Source of the DNA: a virus
IMG/VR virus record: IMGVR_UViG_3300033121_000981
Span: 1 to 64,000 of that record
Length of the DNA stretch: 64,000 nt
Strand: one strand, 5' to 3'
Under the pieces are notes generated by a model. It worked only from the letters and a program-made list of their open reading frames with translations. It did not search any database and had not been told where the DNA came from. This document shows positions 36,556-46,389 of the stretch, in pieces (position 1 is the stretch's first letter; each line of letters begins with the position of its first letter). A program made the translations under genes and the position numbers.

Positions 36556-36815
36556 ATGGAATACAAATTAGTTTAGGTAATTTACCATTAACTTTGCAGC
36601 TATTTGATAATGGGTTATTGAGTTTTGTAAGAACAGCTAATTTTAATACTATTGTAGATCAACCAGAGATAGATGGAGTAAATGCTATTTTTGATAATAA
36701 TGGTTTTAAGATTGGAGATGAAAATTATGAATATGGGCATCTGATTGAATATAAACATATTCCAGATGTTTTAAATTGGTTACAACAACAAAATATACGA
36801 AACCCTTTTATGTGA
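36552..36815 (+). CDS. hypothetical protein
   Basis: ORF track. Confidence 0.45.
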   Translation: MNGIQISLGNLPLTLQLFDNGLLSFVRTANFNTIVDQPEIDGVNAIFDNNGFKIGDENYEYGHLIEYKHIPDVLNWLQQQNIRNPFM

Positions 36816-36825
36816 GGATGCAGTA

Positions 36826-37290
36826 ATGAAGAAATTTAGAATAAGTAAAGCGTATTCCTCAGTAGAGAAATTTAATGAGATTGCAGGTAATTTAACTAAT
36901 GTAGATGCTGAAAGTATTAATTTACAATTATCATTTATTTTTGAAGAACTTTCTGAAACTATTGAAGCATTTGAGAATAAAAACTCTCGTGAATTAATAG
37001 ATGGTGCTGCTGATATTTTTGTTACAACAGCAGGATTATTGCAAAAACTATCTATATTAGGCTTTGATGTAGACAAAGCAATAGAAAAAGTGTGTGAAAA
37101 TAATTTAAGTAAATTCCCTGATGTAGGGACAGCTGTAAGATTTGACGGAGAATTCACATCTACATTAAATGAAAAACATCAAGTGTACGTCATTAAAGAT
37201 AAGACTGGTAAAATTAGAAAACCTGCTGATTTTATTCCTGTAGATTTAAGTGATTGCGTGTCACACAATTTTAAATGGGAAAATATGTAA
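36826..37290 (+). CDS. MazG-like nucleotide pyrophosphohydrolase
   Basis: FIFEELSETIEAF...ELIDGAADIFV resembles the MazG EExxE...D core. Confidence 0.45.
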   Translation: MKKFRISKAYSSVEKFNEIAGNLTNVDAESINLQLSFIFEELSETIEAFENKNSRELIDGAADIFVTTAGLLQKLSILGFDVDKAIEKVCENNLSKFPDVGTAVRFDGEFTSTLNEKHQVYVIKDKTGKIRKPADFIPVDLSDCVSHNFKWENM

Positions 37291-37844
37291 TGAAAACAAT
37301 TTCCTTTCAAGATTTATTAAAAGTATCGTGGTTACAGGGATATAGCGAAATCGATTTATTATCTATTGAAATGGATGAGCAAGTTGATAAAGTATTGGAT
37401 GAGATTGGTATTGATACTGAATACCCTATTTTATATTTCCCTTGTAAGCATCGTACATTAGATAATAAAGTAGTAGTAGGGTATATGGCGTGTGGTGAAG
37501 TTAGTTGCAATCATAAGCACTACAATAGTCCATATTTTGATGTTACAGACAGAATTGTTGCTAGTATGTATCGAGATGTGGATTATGCTAAGGAATTAGC
37601 TGAAATGGCTGGAAGAACAACAGATTGGGTTGGTACATTAGAAGAAGAATTTGATGCAGAAGAAAATGATGATGAAATAGAAGTAGAGGAAGATTATGAA
37701 ATGGTATCTGAACATATTATGTTATTAGAAGATATTAGAGATCATATTCGAGGCCCCCTATATAATAGTGCAGGAGCTATTAAAACAAGAGCTGAATATA
37801 GAGAATGGTTTGAAGAGCAGAAGGAATCAAATGAAATCACCTAA
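37275..37844 (+). CDS. hypothetical acidic protein
   Basis: ORF track. Confidence 0.5.
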   Translation: MGKYVMKTISFQDLLKVSWLQGYSEIDLLSIEMDEQVDKVLDEIGIDTEYPILYFPCKHRTLDNKVVVGYMACGEVSCNHKHYNSPYFDVTDRIVASMYRDVDYAKELAEMAGRTTDWVGTLEEEFDAEENDDEIEVEEDYEMVSEHIMLLEDIRDHIRGPLYNSAGAIKTRAEYREWFEEQKESNEIT

Positions 37845-38832
37845 GATTAAGACAGCTACAGAAAGTTACGTAGTTAATTACCCTGAGTTTATCCAATTTG
37901 CTGATACACAGTTAGAGAAATGTTTTTGGACAGCTAATGAGATTGCTATTGAAAAAGATAAACAAGATATTCTAATTAATCTAACAGAGGCAGAAAAACA
38001 TGCTGTTACAACAGCTCTGAAATTGTTTGTTAAATACGAGTTATTTGTTGGAAATGAGTATTGGCTTACTAGGGTATTAAACACTTACCCTAGACCAGAG
38101 ATACAAAGGATGGCTTCTGTATTTGGAATGGTAGAATTAGCTGTTCATGCTCCTTTCTATAATAAACTGAATGAGGTTCTTGGGTTAAATACAGATGAGT
38201 TTTACACAAGCTACATTGATGATCCTGTTCTAAAAGATAGGGTAGATTTTTTGAACGGTATTGTAGGTAGCGAAGATGAGTTATTAAGTTTAGCTGTTTT
38301 TAGTATTATTGAAGGAGCTATCCTATTTAGCAGTTTTGCAATGTTTAAGAATTTTCAATCAAACGGGAATAACTACATTAGTAACATTGTAAGAGGGATA
38401 AACCAAAGCTTGATTGACGAAGGTTTGCATCAACAAGCAGGGGCAGCATTATTTAAGCAAGTTTTGAAAGAAACAAAATTAGATAAAGAGTCTAAAAAAC
38501 TATTATTTAAAAATATTCAAGATGCTGCTAAAAATGTCGTAACTCATGAAGAGCGTATTGTTGATATGCTGTTTGAGAAAGGCCATCTGCGAGGAATAAC
38601 AAATACGCAGCTAAAAAACTTTGTTGCAAGTAGAGTTAATATTTGTCTAAGTGATTTAGGGATTGAACCTGTATTTTATGTGGAAGAAAATCCTGTAGCA
38701 GATTGGTTTTATAAAAGCGCACAATCATTTCAACAAATTGATTTTTTTACAGGAATAGGTAGAGAATACCAAAGGGGTTGGAATGAAAAAGGATTTATTT
38801 GGAAAACAGAAAAGGATATCGCTGCAACATGA
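37768..38832 (+). CDS. nrdB: ribonucleotide reductase small subunit (class I, NrdB/NrdF-like)
   Basis: helical di-iron fold motifs; FSIIEGAILFSSFAMF. Confidence 0.85.
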   Translation: MQELLKQELNIENGLKSRRNQMKSPKIKTATESYVVNYPEFIQFADTQLEKCFWTANEIAIEKDKQDILINLTEAEKHAVTTALKLFVKYELFVGNEYWLTRVLNTYPRPEIQRMASVFGMVELAVHAPFYNKLNEVLGLNTDEFYTSYIDDPVLKDRVDFLNGIVGSEDELLSLAVFSIIEGAILFSSFAMFKNFQSNGNNYISNIVRGINQSLIDEGLHQQAGAALFKQVLKETKLDKESKKLLFKNIQDAAKNVVTHEERIVDMLFEKGHLRGITNTQLKNFVASRVNICLSDLGIEPVFYVEENPVADWFYKSAQSFQQIDFFTGIGREYQRGWNEKGFIWKTEKDIAAT

Positions 38833-40556
38833 CAACCAATATTTATGAAGTGCTTAGTGAAGAAAGAAAACAGGGACAACGTGCTGGTACAATTCCAAGC
38901 TGGATGTCAACTGCTGGATACCAGATGTTTAAGCAGAAATACCTATGGGGTGCAGATACACCTAAAGAACAGTTTGAACGTATTGCAGCAACAGCAGCAA
39001 AGCATGTTAAAAATCTTTATCCAGAAAATATTAATAAAAATATTAACCCTGAACAATACTGGAATAATAAATTTTTTGAAGTATTATGGAATGGGTGGGT
39101 TTGTTGCTCAACACCTATTCTCGCTAATATGGGTACTACTAGAGGCTGTCCTGTAAGTTGTGCTGGCAGTGTTTGTGAAGATAGTATAGAAGGTTTCTAC
39201 AATGCTTATCGTGAAGTAGCTATATTAACAAAGCAAGGGTTTGGTACAGCTACAGACCTTTCTAATATACGTCCTAGAGGTAGTACAATTAGCACAGGTG
39301 GAAAAGCCTCTGGTGTTCTACCCGTAATGAAACACTTTGTTAATGATATGCGGGATGTGGCACAGGGAAATGTACGTAGGGGAGCTTTTGCATCTTATTT
39401 AGATATTCAGCATGGTGATTTCTGGGAGGTAGTACAATATCTGGAAGAGCAACCTGATGATTTAAATATTGGTTGGATTATCACAGATGATTTTATCAAT
39501 AAATTGAAGAAGGGAAATAAAGAGGCTACGAAACGATATCAACGAGCTTTAAAAGCTAAGATGACTTTTGGTAAAGGCTATTTCTTTTTTGTTGATAAAG
39601 TTAATCGTCAACGCCCTGAAATGTATAAAGATTTAGGGTTAATGGTAAAAGCTTCGCAATTGTGTAGCGAAATCATGCTACACTCAGATATAGATAAAAT
39701 TTATACCTGCGTGTTATCTTGGATGAATCTTTCTAAAGCAGACGAATGGAGAAATACTGATGCAGTTTTTACAGCTACTGTCTTTTTAGATTGTGTTATC
39801 TCTGAATTTTTAGAAGTAGCTAAAGATATTAGAGGTATGGAAAAAGCTATTCTAACTACTGAAAAAGGTAGAGCAATTGGTTTAGGGGCTGGAGGATTTC
39901 ATACTTACTTGCAAGAACATAATATGGAATGGGGAGGGATAGATGCTCACTTATTTAACGGAAGTATTTTTAAACATATTCAAGAGCAGTCTTTATCAGC
40001 ATCTAAATGGTTAGCTAAAGAGCTTGGTGAACCAGAATGGTGTAAAGGATACGGATTAAGATTTACGCATACGATGGCTGTTGCTCCAACAAAATCAACA
40101 GCATTAATTTATGGTGGAATTAGTGAAGGTATTAATCCTGATATGGCAATGAGTTTTACTCAATTAACCTCAGCAGGTGAAGTATCTAGGGTAAATCCTA
40201 CATTGCTAAATGTAATTAAAAAGAAAGGGTTAGATATTGAAAAATGTATCTCAGAAGTAGCTATTGCACAAGGAAGTGTTCAAGGTGTAGAATGGTTATC
40301 TGATGATGAAAAAAGAGTGTTTAAGACAGCTTTTGAAATAAATCAAAAAGATATTATTAGGTTGGCTGCAACAAGGCAGCAATATATCGACCAAGGACAG
40401 TCTCTTAATTTATTTTTTGCAGGGAATTCAGATGAAAAATTAATTTCTGAAATTCATCAAGAAGCTTTTGAAAATGAACGCATATTAAGCTTGTACTACG
40501 TATATTCATCAAGAGGTGTAGTAAGCAGCAGTGGAGAATGTGCAAGCTGTATGTAA
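38799..40556 (+). CDS. nrdA: ribonucleotide reductase large subunit (class I, no ATP-cone)
   Basis: GSTISTGGKASGVLPVMKHF...GNVRRGA parallels E. coli NrdA; SQLCSEI; C-terminal CASC pair. Confidence 0.88.
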   Translation: MENRKGYRCNMTTNIYEVLSEERKQGQRAGTIPSWMSTAGYQMFKQKYLWGADTPKEQFERIAATAAKHVKNLYPENINKNINPEQYWNNKFFEVLWNGWVCCSTPILANMGTTRGCPVSCAGSVCEDSIEGFYNAYREVAILTKQGFGTATDLSNIRPRGSTISTGGKASGVLPVMKHFVNDMRDVAQGNVRRGAFASYLDIQHGDFWEVVQYLEEQPDDLNIGWIITDDFINKLKKGNKEATKRYQRALKAKMTFGKGYFFFVDKVNRQRPEMYKDLGLMVKASQLCSEIMLHSDIDKIYTCVLSWMNLSKADEWRNTDAVFTATVFLDCVISEFLEVAKDIRGMEKAILTTEKGRAIGLGAGGFHTYLQEHNMEWGGIDAHLFNGSIFKHIQEQSLSASKWLAKELGEPEWCKGYGLRFTHTMAVAPTKSTALIYGGISEGINPDMAMSFTQLTSAGEVSRVNPTLLNVIKKKGLDIEKCISEVAIAQGSVQGVEWLSDDEKRVFKTAFEINQKDIIRLAATRQQYIDQGQSLNLFFAGNSDEKLISEIHQEAFENERILSLYYVYSSRGVVSSSGECASCM

Positions 40557-40561
40557 TATTA

Positions 40562-40590
40562 AAGCCCTCAGAAATGAGGGCTAAGGAATT
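40562..40590 (+). terminator. hairpin GCCCTCA-gaaa-TGAGGGC after nrdA
   Basis: 7-bp GC stem; weak T-run. Confidence 0.4.
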
Positions 40591-40592
40591 AA

Positions 40593-40745
40593 ATGAAATT
40601 TATAATTCAAATTTTTGTAGCTATATGGGCATTACTAATAGCATTATTAATTAGTTATACAACTATTATAGCAAGCATGGCAGCTCTATTGATTGCCACA
40701 ACAATGGAGCTTGTTTGTACTACTGTGGATCATTTTAAGGATTAA
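40593..40745 (+). CDS. small hydrophobic membrane peptide, 50 aa (not in the ORF track, which lists only ORFs of 60 aa or more)
   Basis: MKFIIQIFVAIWALLIALLISYTTIIASMAALLIATTMELVCTTVDHFKD. Confidence 0.35.
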   Translation: MKFIIQIFVAIWALLIALLISYTTIIASMAALLIATTMELVCTTVDHFKD

Positions 40746-40747
40746 TA

Positions 40748-40921
40748 ATGGGTAAGAATCTTTTAGGAGTTGTATTTATTCTAGGTGTATTGGCACTGTG
40801 TTATGGCTGGGTTATGAATATTGTTGCTATCTGGAATACTCAAGCATTAACAGGCACTTTAATTGCCCGCGTAATTGGTACATTTATCGCACCTTTGGGT
40901 GGTGTATTGGGGTATCTATAA
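40748..40921 (+). CDS. small membrane peptide, 57 aa, stop/start TAATG coupled to the next gene
   Basis: MGKNLLGVVFILGVLALCYGW... Confidence 0.35.
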   Translation: MGKNLLGVVFILGVLALCYGWVMNIVAIWNTQALTGTLIARVIGTFIAPLGGVLGYL

Positions 40922-41133
40922 TGCTTGGATATATAACACCAGAAAAAGCTAAAAAATTTGGGTTTACTCACTATGGAACACGATTAGGTATTCCCGTATA
41001 TATGACAGATAGTGATGAGCCAACAGTTTGTGTTAAGTGGACACCAATGAATATTGTACTAGATTTAGGGGAAGCTATTGTGCAACTATCTAAGCCAGAT
41101 AGTTTTGAGTTTATTGTTAAAGGTGAATTGTAA
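40921..41133 (+). CDS. hypothetical protein (start at Met MLGYITPEK)
   Basis: ORF track, trimmed. Confidence 0.4.
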   Translation: MLGYITPEKAKKFGFTHYGTRLGIPVYMTDSDEPTVCVKWTPMNIVLDLGEAIVQLSKPDSFEFIVKGEL

Positions 41134-41343
41134 ATGAAAGTATCAAAACAAGAATTTTCATTAACATTAAAACTAGAATCACAAGAAGAGATTGATATAA
41201 TAACATCTCTATTAGGTATGCTAGATGCTTATGACAAAACAGGGTATCCAGAAGCTGATACACTTGAAATGCATAAACAATTATTACCATATTCTAGTAA
41301 AATTTATAAAACAGAAAACCCTATTAATTTTGTAAAGGAATAA
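41134..41343 (+). CDS. hypothetical protein
   Basis: ORF track. Confidence 0.45.
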   Translation: MKVSKQEFSLTLKLESQEEIDIITSLLGMLDAYDKTGYPEADTLEMHKQLLPYSSKIYKTENPINFVKE

Positions 41344-41344
41344 A

Positions 41345-41713
41345 ATGAACGCACTATTAGAATACAATAAAGAAATCGTCCCGATGTTTCGTCAACTAAA
41401 TGAACTGAAACAGCAATTAAAGGAATTTAAATTAAGCGATGAAAAATCACTAGAATTTGCAGATGAAGTGAAGGGTGTACATGATGCATGGGTACAATAC
41501 TTAGAATCTACTGAGGAAGGTGGGAAATTATTATCAGAAATTCATGCGCTACAAGAAGATATTAAACAAGCTGTAGCTTCTGCTAAAGGAAAAACACCAT
41601 TTAAGAAAGCTGAATTGAAAACATTCTTTGCTGCTCGTTCTAAAGAAAATGGTGTAGAAAAAGTTATTACAAAAGGTGAGTTGTTTGGATTAATTGACCA
41701 TCAATTGAAATAA
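41345..41713 (+). CDS. hypothetical coiled-coil protein
   Basis: ORF track. Confidence 0.5.
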   Translation: MNALLEYNKEIVPMFRQLNELKQQLKEFKLSDEKSLEFADEVKGVHDAWVQYLESTEEGGKLLSEIHALQEDIKQAVASAKGKTPFKKAELKTFFAARSKENGVEKVITKGELFGLIDHQLK

Positions 41714-41720
41714 CAAACAA

Positions 41721-41775
41721 AAAGCCCCTAAAGCAAAAAGCTAAAGGGGCATAAAAGAGGCATAAAGCCTCACCT
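41721..41775. terminator. two hairpins (GCCCCT...AGGGGC and GAGGC-ataaa-GCCTC) between convergent transcription units; T-run on the minus-strand side
   Basis: seen directly. Confidence 0.5.
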
Positions 41776-41788
41776 ACGTGGAAAACTC

Positions 41789-42031
41789 TTATTGTTTATA
41801 ATTACTACTGTTAGACACAGCTCTTATTAAAGCATTCTTACTATCAGAGCATTCATAATAAATAGCTGCGTTATTAGTAATATTCTTTATTAAATCAGCT
41901 CCTGTTGTTCCCTCAAGGCTTTCTAATGATGGGCAAGTCTGAAGCAGGGAAGGTGGGAGTTGAATTTCCTGAGAGCGCTTTATTGATGAGCAACAAGCCG
42001 TCAGAGTCAATACAAGAGTTATGATAAACAT
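41789..42031 (-). CDS. o-spanin (Rz1-like outer-membrane lipoprotein), overlapping the i-spanin gene
   Basis: signal peptide plus lipobox LTAC; Pro-rich mature part. Confidence 0.6.
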   Translation of the reverse strand: MFIITLVLTLTACCSSIKRSQEIQLPPSLLQTCPSLESLEGTTGADLIKNITNNAAIYYECSDSKNALIRAVSNSSNYKQ

Positions 42032-42275
42032 CCCTTGTAACAATCTTTTCCACTGTTTTTGTGATTGTCTTTGCATTATCTACCCTCTTTAATTTCAATT
42101 CTTCCAGTTCTTGAGCTATTGTATTATATTTAATAGCTGTAGCTCTATCTGAAATAGCTTGTTCAGCTAACATCTTATTATGTTCGCTATCAACACCGTA
42201 AGAATAGGAATAAAAACAGACAACTAATACAAATAAAATAAATGATAATATTTTAATATAAAATGTTTTATCCAT
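41913..42275 (-). CDS. i-spanin (Rz-like): N-terminal TM plus periplasmic coiled coil
   Basis: MDKTFYIKILSFILFVLVV followed by coiled coil; overlaps the Rz1 frame. Confidence 0.6.
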   Translation of the reverse strand: MDKTFYIKILSFILFVLVVCFYSYSYGVDSEHNKMLAEQAISDRATAIKYNTIAQELEELKLKRVDNAKTITKTVEKIVTRDVYHNSCIDSDGLLLINKALSGNSTPTFPASDLPIIRKP

Positions 42276-42495
42276 CCCTATCCTCATTTTTACCAGATAC
42301 ATTAGGTTGATGTAATAGACGTGCAAACAATATAGCTAAACCAACCCATTTTACCCACCCATCAGGTACAGCTTCTTTAATATCAGGAAGGTAATCATAA
42401 GCAGTAGATGCTATAACAAGTAACGCACTAAGTTGCACAGTTAGGTATTTATACGCCTTTTTCCAATTAGGAATTAACATATTACCCTCTAACAC
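42268..42495 (-). CDS. holin (two TM segments, charged C-terminus)
   Basis: 75 aa, two hydrophobic segments, adjacent to the lysozyme. Confidence 0.55.
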   Translation of the reverse strand: MLEGNMLIPNWKKAYKYLTVQLSALLVIASTAYDYLPDIKEAVPDGWVKWVGLAILFARLLHQPNVSGKNEDRDG

Positions 42496-43045
42496 TTAAG
42501 AATAAATTCCTGCGCACATTACACCTATTCACTAATCCTTGTATAATTTTACCTCCAACCTTATTCCACATAAGAAAAGCATCAGCAGCAGCTAAAATAT
42601 CACCCTCAGCAATCTTCTTAGCCACTGTGGAATTTGTATAAGCTGATACACCAACGTTGTATGCCATATCAATACAAGCAGCTAAACGCTCTGGGGCTTG
42701 ATTAGAGAGCTTTGGGGAGGTTTTTAAAACAGCGTCCATAACAACCTTCACCTTAGCTGCTAAATCGCTGTCAGCCCGTTCCTGAGTCCATTCTACGCCT
42801 TCTTTAATTTCAGCCCCTGTACAACCCCATCCAATTGTCCAAGGATTCCCTTTTAGATGACTCCATTCTTTTGGAATTTTAAATTCACCATCTTTGTATG
42901 CTTTTAATTTACCATGTGAAGCTAGTGCTTCTGATAAATCACTACAAGGATCGGGGTAGGCTTTTAAACAACACCCTTCATTGTTTTTAATTAATTTTAA
43001 TGCAATTTTAAATGCTTCATTATTACTATTACTCATACCTATCAC
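42482..43045 (-). CDS. endolysin, T4-type lysozyme (GH24)
   Basis: NEG..LKAYPD...TIGWG catalytic Glu/Asp/Thr region. Confidence 0.85.
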   Translation of the reverse strand: MIGMSNSNNEAFKIALKLIKNNEGCCLKAYPDPCSDLSEALASHGKLKAYKDGEFKIPKEWSHLKGNPWTIGWGCTGAEIKEGVEWTQERADSDLAAKVKVVMDAVLKTSPKLSNQAPERLAACIDMAYNVGVSAYTNSTVAKKIAEGDILAAADAFLMWNKVGGKIIQGLVNRCNVRRNLFLSVRG

Positions 43046-43317
43046 CTTTTGCTTTTTAGAATTATAATTTCCAATTGTTGTGACATTTGTTTTTGTAGTT
43101 CAATAAGTTCAATGCGTTTAACGTAACTTTCTTTTATATTTGCAACTTCAGCTTTAACACTAATTAATTCCGACCGCATGATTTCATGAGAATCAACAAG
43201 CCTAACTATCTGAACATATGTAGCAAACACACCAACGCACAATGCTATAATAAGGGATGGCATAACTTTGTCTCGTATCCATACCCAGAAATCAAACTTA
43301 CGTTGCGCTACTGTCAT
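43042..43317 (-). CDS. membrane-anchored coiled-coil protein in the lysis cassette (antiholin or spanin-like?)
   Basis: one N-terminal TM plus coiled coil. Confidence 0.4.
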   Translation of the reverse strand: MTVAQRKFDFWVWIRDKVMPSLIIALCVGVFATYVQIVRLVDSHEIMRSELISVKAEVANIKESYVKRIELIELQKQMSQQLEIIILKSKR

Positions 43318-43324
43318 TACAACC

Positions 43325-43795
43325 CTATTTAGTTAAATTGAAAATTTCAGATTTTTTATAATTACAATCGTATAAATCTTGTGGTGTTACTCTTTTTTGC
43401 ACAGATTTATCTAGTAAATCAATACCACCAGCAGATATCTGCATGAAACAGAACTCAGAACACCACCATTTAGACCAGTCAGCCCAATCCTCAGACATTA
43501 GGAAGGGTATACCTAATACACCCATAAAATCATACCCCTTACCTTTTTGATCTATTCCCCAACATTTAGCTTTATCAATATCAGGGATAGGGATATACAT
43601 GTCTTGGTAATATTTAACGCCTTGCATAGCTACATCTATAGGGACAATTCTGCAACCATCTGACATAGTTGCTTCGTATGCTTTATCATCTATAATAATT
43701 AAACAATGACTCCACATTTTTGATCCGCCTAGACGAGCCACTAACCATGAGCCTATATGATAGGGCCACCTACTACAAAATCGTAGAGTAATCAT
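43325..43795 (-). CDS. hypothetical protein with Cys/His motifs (possible papain-like peptidase fold)
   Basis: WSHC, WWCSEFC; weak. Confidence 0.4.
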   Translation of the reverse strand: MITLRFCSRWPYHIGSWLVARLGGSKMWSHCLIIIDDKAYEATMSDGCRIVPIDVAMQGVKYYQDMYIPIPDIDKAKCWGIDQKGKGYDFMGVLGIPFLMSEDWADWSKWWCSEFCFMQISAGGIDLLDKSVQKRVTPQDLYDCNYKKSEIFNLTK

Positions 43796-44202
43796 AATGT
43801 TGCTGCCAGAATGAATAGATCATCAAGCTGAGTTTCTGATAACCCTAATTTAGTGGATATAGATTTTACAAATGATTTATGCCTGTCTACAGTGTTACTA
43901 AATTCCCATTCAATCCTGGCAGCATCGCCTTCTACCCCACTCATAGTAGATATAGCATTATTAACCGTAGTAAGAAGACCTGCTGATAATAAAGCAAGGC
44001 GTGCTTGTCTCATAGTGACAGATTCTGGTACTATTTTAATAATCTCTGGTTCAGGTTTTTTTGTGATAGAACCATTAGGATTAACAGTATCACCTATACT
44101 CCCACCTATACTAGCATCTACTAGGTTTGGAATTACGTCTAGGGAATCTACTTCAATAGTGTTTAGAATTTCCCCTAATTCATTTAATTGATGAGCTTTC
44201 AT
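43792..44202 (-). CDS. hypothetical protein (tail fiber assembly?)
   Basis: position downstream of the fiber gene. Confidence 0.4.
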   Translation of the reverse strand: MKAHQLNELGEILNTIEVDSLDVIPNLVDASIGGSIGDTVNPNGSITKKPEPEIIKIVPESVTMRQARLALLSAGLLTTVNNAISTMSGVEGDAARIEWEFSNTVDRHKSFVKSISTKLGLSETQLDDLFILAATL

Positions 44203-44204
44203 AT

Positions 44205-45839
44205 TTATGCGATTCCTTTAATAATTGCTACACCATTAGCGCCTGCGCCACCAGCACCAGAGTTGTTGCCATTAACAGAGCTACCACCACCTCCACCAGC
44301 ACCACCAGGGAATCCTCCATTACCGCCTGCTGTAGCAGCTACAGTAGCTGAACTACCTCCACCGGCTCCAGAAGTTCCACACAAATTATCTGATGAAGCT
44401 GCTGTTCCATTTCCACCTGCTGTTGGGCTTGTACCACATGTTCCTCCTGTAGAGCCAGCTACACCGCAGCTACTACCAGAATTTCCCCCTCTTGTAGGAA
44501 ATGTATTAGATGCAGTTAGATGTCCTCCTACACCACCACCGCCAACGCCTCGTAATGAATCTCCTGCTGTAACAGCAGACGTGGTGGATAAATCCATAGT
44601 GCCACTTCCAGCCCCACCCCATTCAGAATTACCACCACTTGTACCTCCGCCACTACTGCCATAGCTACTAGCAGCACCGCCCTCTCCTATATTGTCAACT
44701 GTGGTAGTGCTGTTACCAGCGCCAAAACTATTATACCTAGGTGCACCACCATAAGCACTGTTGGTATTGCTTAAACTTGAACCTTGTCCTAACAACCCAG
44801 AGCCAGAGGTTTTAGTTTGTACACCTCCACCACCAACACCTGCACAACCACCATAGGCCGTTACTAAACTGCCGAATGTTGTATTACCACCAGCAGTACC
44901 TGTGTTCCCATTAGTAGAGTCTACTGTAACAGCAGCACCACCACTACCTCCACTACCAATTGTTACTGTTGTAGAGCTACCTGCTGTGATGTTTCTTAAG
45001 TTCCTTTTAATTCTAGCTGGAGCACCACCAGGAGCACCACCTGCATTAGCGCTACCACTAGCTAATCTAGCACCACTCCCACCGCCGCCACCTGCACCAA
45101 CTAAATCCACTTCAATTTCTGTGTATCCTGGTGGGTGAATATAAGTTGCTGTTGATGTAACTTTATAGTAGAATGGACTGACAACAATTGATGTGAAAGC
45201 TGTTCCATTACACTGGATTAGACGTGCTTCACCTGGATAAATATTATAGCTAGTTAAACCATCAATTAACTCAGACGAGTCAGGATCAACCGTGATAATC
45301 CCTGTCCCTGAGTTTCTGTACCAGCACCACCACCCATTTAATAGTGTTGTAGCAGCTGTAAATGTTTGTGTAAATGTACCAGAAGTGACATCAATAAATG
45401 TACCGTTGTCTGTTAACCCCAGAATAGTATTACTTGTTCGTGTAGAACGTAGTAAACTTACGTTAAACACAGGCGACCAGTTTGTACTATCTGCTGATGG
45501 GTCTGTAGTACCAGCACCAGATGTTTTACGTTTGTATGTTTGGTAGTTGCTAGGGCTATATACGTTAGCTCCAGCAGAGTATGTTGTACCACTAACCCAT
45601 AGTGTAACATTAGCTGTCGCTAATGCGGCAGCAGCAGAGGCAGCAGCAGCATTCTGTGAATCAGTAGCAGATGTAGCTGCTGACGATGCTGTAGTTTGTT
45701 TTGTAGACACATCTGTAGCTAATGCATTAGCTTCTGTAACAAAAGTAGGGAGAGCTGCAACAAAATTATCTGCGTTAGTAATAAATGTTGCTGCTGATTG
45801 ACTCCTACTAGGGGCTGTTGGTAATGGAGTTATTGCCAT
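44205..45839 (-). CDS. glycine-rich tail fiber protein
   Basis: C-terminal GGxGG-type Gly-rich repeats; N-terminal Ala/Thr-rich region. Confidence 0.7.
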   Translation of the reverse strand: MAITPLPTAPSRSQSAATFITNADNFVAALPTFVTEANALATDVSTKQTTASSAATSATDSQNAAAASAAAALATANVTLWVSGTTYSAGANVYSPSNYQTYKRKTSGAGTTDPSADSTNWSPVFNVSLLRSTRTSNTILGLTDNGTFIDVTSGTFTQTFTAATTLLNGWWCWYRNSGTGIITVDPDSSELIDGLTSYNIYPGEARLIQCNGTAFTSIVVSPFYYKVTSTATYIHPPGYTEIEVDLVGAGGGGGSGARLASGSANAGGAPGGAPARIKRNLRNITAGSSTTVTIGSGGSGGAAVTVDSTNGNTGTAGGNTTFGSLVTAYGGCAGVGGGGVQTKTSGSGLLGQGSSLSNTNSAYGGAPRYNSFGAGNSTTTVDNIGEGGAASSYGSSGGGTSGGNSEWGGAGSGTMDLSTTSAVTAGDSLRGVGGGGVGGHLTASNTFPTRGGNSGSSCGVAGSTGGTCGTSPTAGGNGTAASSDNLCGTSGAGGGSSATVAATAGGNGGFPGGAGGGGGSSVNGNNSGAGGAGANGVAIIKGIA

Positions 45840-45894
45840 TGTTATTTTTCCTAGGATATGTTATTATTGTTTTTATAATTTAAAAAGAGAGCTT

Positions 45895-46377
45895 ATGACA
45901 CAAGACGAATTAAAAGAGAAGATGCACTACGACCCTGAAACAGGAGTTTTCACTAGAATCAATCATTACTATAAAGGCCCGACAGGAACTAAGACACATC
46001 GTGGGTATATTGACATTAGTATTAAATACAAGAAATGGGCTGCTCATAGACTAGCTTGGTTGTACGTCTATGGTTATTTACCAGAACATCAAGTTGACCA
46101 TATCAATGGAATCAGAGATGACAATCGTATTTGTAATCTTAGGGAAGCTAAAGCTATAGACAACTTGAGAAATTCTGGAATACGTTCTGATAATACTTCT
46201 GGAATTAAGGGTGTTTCTTGGCATAAAGGTTATAATAAGTGGCAAGCTGTCGCCAGTTTAAACGGTAAACTACACCATTTAGGTATTTTTGAAGATAAAA
46301 TGCTGGCGGCAGAAGCTTATCAAAAATTTGCTAAGACACACCACGGAGAATTTTACAAAGAACCTAAGCCACTTTGA
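45895..46377 (+). CDS. HNH-AP2 homing endonuclease (opposite strand, between fiber genes)
   Basis: HRLAWLYVYGYLPE...VDHINGIRDDNRICNLR; AP2-like GIKGVSWHKGYNKWQA. Confidence 0.85.
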   Translation: MTQDELKEKMHYDPETGVFTRINHYYKGPTGTKTHRGYIDISIKYKKWAAHRLAWLYVYGYLPEHQVDHINGIRDDNRICNLREAKAIDNLRNSGIRSDNTSGIKGVSWHKGYNKWQAVASLNGKLHHLGIFEDKMLAAEAYQKFAKTHHGEFYKEPKPL

Positions 46378-46389
46378 TGAAATGTTGCC

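Noticed and set aside
38845-39156. 103-aa ORF in an alternative frame
   Set aside because: Embedded within nrdA, whose frame carries conserved RNR motifs.
44188-45801. Plus-strand ORFs (44188-44664, 44902-45138, 45292-45546, 45547-45801), Pro/Ala-rich
   Set aside because: Antisense of the Gly-rich fiber gene; GGN codons read backwards give NCC Pro-rich artefacts.
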